DNA from: Macrostomum lignano
Taxonomy: Eukaryota
Assembly: GCA_002269645.1 (NCBI GenBank)
Contig: NIVC01001447.1
Span: 3,598-67,597 of the forward strand
Length of the DNA: 64,000 nt
Direction of reading: 5' to 3'
Shown here in pieces: positions 57,708-64,000 of the stretch. Position 1 is the stretch's first letter. Each line of letters starts with the position of its first letter. Under the pieces are notes generated by a model that saw only the letters and a program-made list of their open reading frames with translations, was not told the origin of the DNA and did no database searches. The translations under genes and the position numbers were made by a program.

Positions 57708-59087
57708 TTAGGGCTGACCGCTCCCATACAAGATGCGACGGCACATCTCACCGTACATTGAATTCAGCGTTCGTATGCTGTCCATGCTGTGCTGCTTATT
57801 GTACAGGCGAAACCACAGGTGCATGACGTAGTTCTTCGTCCTCCAATCCCACCTGCTCTGCTGTCCTATATTGTAGATCCAGGTCCTCTCCTCCGGAGTC
57901 CAGTTCGGCCGGTCCATGCTCTCCTCTTCCACGTGACACAGGTCCGGGAAGGCGGCTTGCATCGAGTGCGGAAGCTTCACTGAGTGTTCGCCCCAAGCCT
58001 CATCGTTGAACACCTGGTACGCCGTGTGCCACATCGCCAGAAACGTCCCGCTAGGAGCGGACAAGAAGACGCCGTTGCACAGACCGTATGGAACCTCCCT
58101 GCCAATGGTGCAAACGAATTTCCGAAGAGGCTCCAGCGGTTTCAGAACCAGGACATCGATGTCCATGTACAGTCCTCCGAATACGAGCACAGCTTCAAGC
58201 CTCATCACATCTGACTGGTGCTCTTTTCCGTGAACTGGAACCGTGTACACGGATGTGGGAATCGGTCTCTGCACGAATATGATCCTCTCTTCCCACTCCG
58301 ACTCGGTCAGATTCTTCCTGACTCTGTCCCACCAATGTCCGCTTGGCAGCTTGCCAGGAGCGTACCACAGCAGCAGACGGTGAGGCTTCATTATGTGCAG
58401 ACAGCTGAGGAGGCTGACCATCTGGTGGAACTGCAGGTTGGTTTCGCCGAACGGCATGACAAAGTGAGCAATGTTTGGCACCTGGAATCCAGGCTGAATG
58501 GTCGACTTCGCCACGGAATGGACCTCCTCAATGGTGAGCTTCTTGCCGCTGGGACTGTGCGGAGACCATGCGCTGGTGTCGACAGCTGGCAGGTAGGTGG
58601 CCATCATCTGGTCCAGTCGACTGTGGTACCTGCCGCTGTGCTTCTTAGCAGCCTCCTTCAGCATCGGGAAGTTTTTCTTTAGAGCTCTAGAGTCAACAGG
58701 CAAGGAGCTGAAGCCTTTTTGTTTTTCTTCCGATTCCTTCATTGCGCTGGACTTCTGCAACGGCTTCGGAGTCTGTGAGTCCGTCTTGTGGACTGTCTTC
58801 GGAGTCTGTGAGTCCGTCTTGTGGACTGTCTTCGGAGTCTGTGATTCCGTCTTGTGGCCTGTCTTCGGAGTCTGCGCGCTCTGTGAAGTCATGCGAGCCG
58901 GCTCGTCTGAGACCTCAGTGTTTCTGCTTGGCGCATCGACTACCTCTGTATCAAATAATACAGTTTGAGTTCGTATCCAGGGTTTGATTCCGATGTAAAA
59001 GAGGCTTAGACTGAGCAGCACAGCGAGCGCGGCCACGCATCTGCGGTTAGATGTCTGAAAAATCCAGTTGCACAGGAGGTGCTGCAT
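57708..59087 (-). CDS. Glycosyltransferase family 32 (alpha-1,4-GlcNAc/Gal-transferase-like), type II membrane protein, 459 aa, no intron in the CDS
   Basis: N-terminal TM (VAALAVLLSLSLFYIGI), repetitive stem, VPNIAHFV, HQSDVMRLEAVLVFGGLYMDIDV (DXD), LCNGVFLS...FLAMWHTAY, W..HSV, VMHLW. Confidence 0.88.
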   Translation of the reverse strand: MQHLLCNWIFQTSNRRCVAALAVLLSLSLFYIGIKPWIRTQTVLFDTEVVDAPSRNTEVSDEPARMTSQSAQTPKTGHKTESQTPKTVHKTDSQTPKTVHKTDSQTPKPLQKSSAMKESEEKQKGFSSLPVDSRALKKNFPMLKEAAKKHSGRYHSRLDQMMATYLPAVDTSAWSPHSPSGKKLTIEEVHSVAKSTIQPGFQVPNIAHFVMPFGETNLQFHQMVSLLSCLHIMKPHRLLLWYAPGKLPSGHWWDRVRKNLTESEWEERIIFVQRPIPTSVYTVPVHGKEHQSDVMRLEAVLVFGGLYMDIDVLVLKPLEPLRKFVCTIGREVPYGLCNGVFLSAPSGTFLAMWHTAYQVFNDEAWGEHSVKLPHSMQAAFPDLCHVEEESMDRPNWTPEERTWIYNIGQQSRWDWRTKNYVMHLWFRLYNKQHSMDSIRTLNSMYGEMCRRILYGSGQP

Positions 59088-59738
59088 TCGGGCGCAGCAT
59101 CAATTGCGCTTTCAAACAATATTGCTTGCGTAACTCCAACTGAGTTCGATCCGGTTTCTGGTTTGTATAAAAGTTTGAGATGAACGCCTGTTTGTCTTGA
59201 CGAAGTTGTGCTTCTTGCAGGAGCGTGCGAAGTGTGTGCTGCTATCACCGTGTTAAACTGGTAATAGCAGGCTTTGATATAACATATAGCTAGAAATAGG
59301 GCTGTGCTAGTGCGCGCGCGTGTTTGTTTCCTGACATTCTTAGTGAATGTAAAGCTAGCCAGTTCTTTTTTGTTCTTATCTTCGCGTACGCTATAGTCAG
59401 TGTATGTTGGGTAGAGGTGGGTGTGCGCAAGAAACCTGTCTGTGTCTCTGGCTCATTTTACAGGGGACAGCGCGCACCGCCAACAGGGGCCGAATCCGAT
59501 TCTCGTCTCTCATCCCTGCTCAGCGCCCAAAATTTCCTCTCTTCCCTGAGTGCGTGAGGAAGAGAGAGACAGAGAGAGAGAGAGAAAGCCGAGGAAGAAG
59601 GGTGCTTTTCTGCCGGAGACTGTGATGGGCAGTGAGCACGGTCTCCAAGTAGAGGGAGAGCCACAGCGATGGTAATTAAAATCTATCTATAGATGACAAC
59701 AACTACGTGAAATATAAATTGGAGTGAATGCTACTTAC

Positions 59739-60131
59739 TGTAGAACAAGAACACCTTGCCCCCATTAAAATTGGCAGTAAGGCTTAAGTCCTCGTACGCT
59801 TTTATTCGTTCTCGTTTCAAGATTTCAAGTATCATAAAAAATATTATTATACGTATTACTATTATATTATTATTTTACCTATTATTATAGGTAAATCTTC
59901 AGCCAGTTCAGCCAGCGAAGGTCGCCAAGCGTACAAAAGTACACAAGCAGATGTACACGCATCATTGAGTGCGCTCTTTTCATTGGCTGCTGTTATGTTT
60001 TGGATATGAATGTTATATTACGGCATAGCCGTCTGTGCTGCGCTTAGTTCGTATCTGCAGCTCTCGTATATTTAGCTTATAAAGACATAAAGCTAAGGTC
60101 ATAGACAACTTAATTCGGTCTGTCTGCGACA
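59739..60131 (-). mobile_element. Putative 3' LTR (~390 bp) of the Gypsy element
   Basis: On -, the PPT GGAAAAAAAGGGA (60144-60132) is immediately followed by TGTCGC; AATAAA at ~59807; ends ...TTCTACA at 59739. Confidence 0.7.
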
Positions 60132-60218
60132 TCCCTTTTTTTCCAAAAAGAAGTGTCATACGCATTAATGGATGAATGAATGAAAATGGCATTGTCAGTT
60201 CAGTTTGAGTGCATATAA

Positions 60219-62534
60219 TTATGTAGCCTTGTAAAATTGAGTTGGCTTTACTTCACGTCCATATCGTGTAATGTATTTTGTTCCACCAGATTTTCCAGAA
60301 TCCAGCTGAGAACTGTGTACTGTATTGGATGCATGAGCGTCTGAGCTGGAAGTCTGAATCGTTCCATTGTTAGAATCCTGATTAGGTAGTTGAATCCTTG
60401 AATACTCTGGTATGGTCTGCATTCTGCGGTCTGTATTGCGCTTTGCCAGAAATCTGCGATTTCTTCTGAATTCACGACCTGTAGCAGTTCGAACTTTGTA
60501 TGACCTGTCTGGGTCAGTGACATCAGGTTTCACGATTTCTGCAGGAATCCATTGTCTTCGATCTTCTTGCATCCACACCTGATCTCCTTCTTTAAACGGT
60601 CGTAGGTCTCGTGCAGTGCGATTGTAGTAGAATGCCTGTTTACTGTTCTTCTCTGCCAAAATCTCTAGTTCACGTTTTGTCCAGACTTGTCTTGGTTTCA
60701 GCTGTTCAATGGGCAGTGGCAGTTGATATCTGAGCTTTCGTCCCATCACTAGCTCAGCCGGTGTCGGTAGCCCTCTTTCAATTGGCGTATTCCGATAGTG
60801 TAGTAATGCACAATTTATATCTTCTGCTTTGTTTAGAAATCCTTTAACTGTCTGAACAGCTCTTTCTGTTAGGCCATTTGATTGTGGATATTTTGGCGAC
60901 GATGTCCTAATTTGTATACCTTTCTGTTCAGCAAACTCTTTAAACCTGTTGGATCCAAATGGAGGTCCGTTGTCACATCTTATCACTTCTGGAGTACCAT
61001 AGGTAGCAAAATATTGTGACAGCTGTTTTATGACGCACTCTGCTGATGTTGTCGTGATCTTATCAGTGCAGATCCATCGACTTAACCTGTCAACCAGGAC
61101 AATGTGTGTTTCCCCTTTCCAATAGAAAATGTCAGTTCCACACTCTTGAAATGGATACTCAGGTATTTCAACCATTTTCATGGATTCTTTTTGATGAAGA
61201 GCTTGGTAACTTTGGCATTTTTCGCATGAAGAAATGTATTGCTCAATGTCATGGCGCATTCGAGGCCAAAATACAGATTCAGTAGCCTTCATCAACGTCT
61301 TTTCCACGCCTTGATGACTTTCATGGAGGATTTGAAGCATTTGTCTTTGCATTGCATCAGGAATGAATATTTTGCTGCTCTTGTATATGAGTCTGTCATT
61401 CTCCATCAGTTCATGCCGAATATTCCAGAATGGCTTCAGTTCTTCAGCTATTTGGGATCTAGCATCTGGCCAACCCTCTCGAATCTGGTCCTTTAGCTTA
61501 TGACATAAATCATCAGCATTTGTGTGATGCTGGATGTCCTTTAGCAAGTTGTCTGGTAGGCATACACAAGCTACTCCAAGTATTTGGCACTGAATGTCAT
61601 CATCAATATCATTGGATGAATGTACGGATTTCAGATAAGCGCGGCTTAGTGTATCCGCAAGGTATAGTTCTTTTCCGGGTACATACGTCACATTGAGATC
61701 GAATTCTTGAATTTTCAAAGCTAGTCGCTGCAGTCGAGCTGATAGTTCACTCAGTGGCTTTTTCATAATGAATTGCAGGGGCTTGTGATCTGATTCAACC
61801 TGTACGTGCCGACCCCATAAGTATTGTCGAAATCTGCGACATCCAAAGACTATTGCCAAGAATTCTTTTTCGATTTGAGCATATTTCTTTTGAGCAGGAG
61901 TCATCGATGATGATGCGTATTCAATGACGTGTCCATCTTGCATCAATGCGGCTCCGAGTCCATCTTTACTGGCATCTACACTTAGAATGACACTCTGATC
62001 TGGGTTAAATTGTCCCAATAGTGGAGCTTTGCACAGTGATTCCTTAATTGTTTCATATGCTTCTTCCTGCCGTTTTCCCCAGTTCCACGCTACATCTTTT
62101 TTCAATAACTGTCGCAAAGGTGAAGCAAGCGCTGAGAAATTTGGTATGAACTTCGACAAGAAGTTTGCGCTGCCGATGAATCTTTGTAGTTGCGCGGCTT
62201 TTTCAGATATCTGGGAGTAACTTTTCGGATGCGGCATGTCTTTGATGCTTCGTATCTTTTCCGGATCGATCTTGACTCCTTCGCTGGTTAGAATATGTCC
62301 TAGGAATTTCAACTCTCGCTGTCCGATTTTAGCTTTGGTCTTGTTTAGCTTTAAATTCTTATCCTTGCACTGCTGTAGCAGTTGCCTCACCGAGTCATCA
62401 TGCTCTTTTCTTGTTCTGCCCCACACGATTATATCGTCAATATAGTTTGCGGAGTTTGCAACATGACTCGTGATCTGATTTTTCTCTGATACGCCTCTGG
62501 AGCATCCTTGAATCCGAATGGCAGTCTGTTCCAC
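60219..62534 (-). CDS. Gypsy pol C-terminal part (RT, RNase H, integrase)
   Basis: 771-aa ORF with the motifs above; upstream pol is split by 1-bp frameshifts. Confidence 0.92.
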   Translation of the reverse strand: MEQTAIRIQGCSRGVSEKNQITSHVANSANYIDDIIVWGRTRKEHDDSVRQLLQQCKDKNLKLNKTKAKIGQRELKFLGHILTSEGVKIDPEKIRSIKDMPHPKSYSQISEKAAQLQRFIGSANFLSKFIPNFSALASPLRQLLKKDVAWNWGKRQEEAYETIKESLCKAPLLGQFNPDQSVILSVDASKDGLGAALMQDGHVIEYASSSMTPAQKKYAQIEKEFLAIVFGCRRFRQYLWGRHVQVESDHKPLQFIMKKPLSELSARLQRLALKIQEFDLNVTYVPGKELYLADTLSRAYLKSVHSSNDIDDDIQCQILGVACVCLPDNLLKDIQHHTNADDLCHKLKDQIREGWPDARSQIAEELKPFWNIRHELMENDRLIYKSSKIFIPDAMQRQMLQILHESHQGVEKTLMKATESVFWPRMRHDIEQYISSCEKCQSYQALHQKESMKMVEIPEYPFQECGTDIFYWKGETHIVLVDRLSRWICTDKITTTSAECVIKQLSQYFATYGTPEVIRCDNGPPFGSNRFKEFAEQKGIQIRTSSPKYPQSNGLTERAVQTVKGFLNKAEDINCALLHYRNTPIERGLPTPAELVMGRKLRYQLPLPIEQLKPRQVWTKRELEILAEKNSKQAFYYNRTARDLRPFKEGDQVWMQEDRRQWIPAEIVKPDVTDPDRSYKVRTATGREFRRNRRFLAKRNTDRRMQTIPEYSRIQLPNQDSNNGTIQTSSSDAHASNTVHSSQLDSGKSGGTKYITRYGREVKPTQFYKAT

Positions 62535-64000
62535 CTGTAGACTCCGAAAGGTGTATGAAATGCGGTTAGAAGAGAGCTTTCATGATCTAAAGCTACTTGA
62601 TGAAATCCTGCTGTAGCATCAAAAGTTGAAAAAACTTTGCGCCAGTCATCTTGCTAATCATTTCATTATATGATGGAATTGGGTACCGGTCTCGAATGAT
62701 GAACTCGTTTAGACTTTGCGGATCGAGACAGAGACGCACAGAACTGTCAGGCTTCCACACAACCACAACGTTGGATACCCACTCCGTGTGGGTGCGAACA
62801 CTGGGAAATCATTCCTTGCTCACTGAGGCGATGCAGCTCATCTCTTAATGCTTTCAATGCTGCAAACGGAACTTTTCTTGGACCCTGAACTCTGGAACAG
62901 CGTTCGTCTGTAAAACTATATGGTGTGTTCCTGGCAGACAACCTAGCCCTTCAAAGACATCGGCGTATTCTTTCAAAATCACTTCCTTTGTAAGTGGTTC
63001 TTCCGATACCGGTACATCCTGTTGAACAGCATGCAGTATCCGTATCAGTCCGAGACTCTCTGCTGTATTTGTCTCAAGCAATGGCATAATATCTTCAGCA
63101 ATGACAAAGAATTTTGCTTGAATTTCTTCATTTGGTGTCTTAGAAGCAGTTGAATTTGTCCCAAAACTGTCAGCCTCTGTTTGTTGTACACAACTAACTG
63201 TGTGCTTCTATCCTCTCGGTATTCCTTCTTGGTAATCTGCCTAAGTCTTTTTGCAGACATAATGTTAACATCGGCTCCTGTGTCGATTTTAAACGAAATC
63301 AACTGACGATCCTCAACCAGTACACTCGCGATTGTCTTGCTGTTCGTGCGAGCGGTCTTATTTTCATTATTTCCAGCCATCTGGTCACAGCTAGCAACTG
63401 AAGATACAACCCATGATTTTGTTAAGCTGCCTCCTGTGTCTTCGTCATTTTCGTCATCATGTTCATCTACCAGTCTGACATGTCTTGTAGGGTTATTTCG
63501 AAACTTTTGCTGACTCATGGCTATAAAATGGTTCTTTCTTCCACAATTACTACACAGCTTTCCAAATGCAGGACAGTGCTTACTACCAAAGGTGTGCTGT
63601 TTTCCGCAGTATCTGCAGCTGGTTCTGCCCTGATGCGAGTCCTTGCGGGAGCCTTGGGAGGAGTTTCTCACTCGGTTTCTCTGGTGCTTTGCCGTGGGTG
63701 CCATTTTTTAACTGTATCCACACTTGGTCTTGGGTTTTCACACGCCTTACCGATCATTTTCTGTGCTTGCACTTTGGATGCTTCACATGCTCGACACAAT
63801 GCGATTGCCTTCTCGAGCGTCAGCTTGTCCTGTTCCAATAGCCTCTCCCTGACCGAAGGATTGTGCACTCCATACACGATTTGGTCTCTTAGAATTGCAT
63901 TTTCGATTGTTTTCGGATGCCATTGGCTTTGCAAAATTGCATTGTTTTATGAGTGTTCGCAGCTCGCCAAGATAGTGATCGAATTCTTCGAATTGCTGCT

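Larger units (their letters stand above)
59739..64000 (-). mobile_element. Ty3/Gypsy LTR retrotransposon (Mag-like gag zinc knuckles), 5' end beyond the window
   Basis: gag (IRDQIVYG..RERLLEQDKLTLEKAIALCRA; CRYCGKQH..CPAFGKLCSNCGRKNHF), protease FKIDTGADVN, RT (AFHTPFG..LPFG, YIDD), RNase H (VDASKDGLG, YAQIEKE, VESDHKPL) and integrase (HESHQG, C..C, DIF, CDNGP, SNGLTER); order PR-RT-RH-IN. Confidence 0.95.

Overview
Eukaryotic (metazoan) genomic DNA: GC-rich exons, GT-AG introns that mostly carry a private minisatellite, and AT-rich TE-littered spacers. The style resembles a free-living flatworm such as Macrostomum (inference only). Genes assembled by hand from splice signals and reading phase: (1) a small single-pass membrane protein ending in ...IIYEVVV (+, ~3.5-5.7 kb); (2) a giant ~4,500-aa coiled-coil plus disordered protein with ~50 copies of a 17-aa RD/RS repeat, encoded mainly by one ~9.8-kb exon (-, 7.7-26.6 kb), whose frame is broken by single-base homopolymer deletions; (3) an E2 ubiquitin/NEDD8-conjugating-like enzyme with a long acidic C-terminal extension (+, 31.5-39.0 kb), carrying a 2.65-kb near-perfect foldback element in intron 1 and a hAT derivative in intron 3; (4) an intronless divergent RPL9 copy; (5) a dynein light chain LC8-type gene; (6) a GABA-B-like class C GPCR with two GC-AG introns and two stacked retroelement-like inserts with covarying RNA structure at one splice donor; (7) a GT32 glycosyltransferase (-); and (8) a Ty3/Gypsy element running off the right end (-). 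No tRNA, rRNA or CRISPR array could be supported. Most ORFs in the supplied track are artefacts of tandem repeats or antisense to GC-rich exons.
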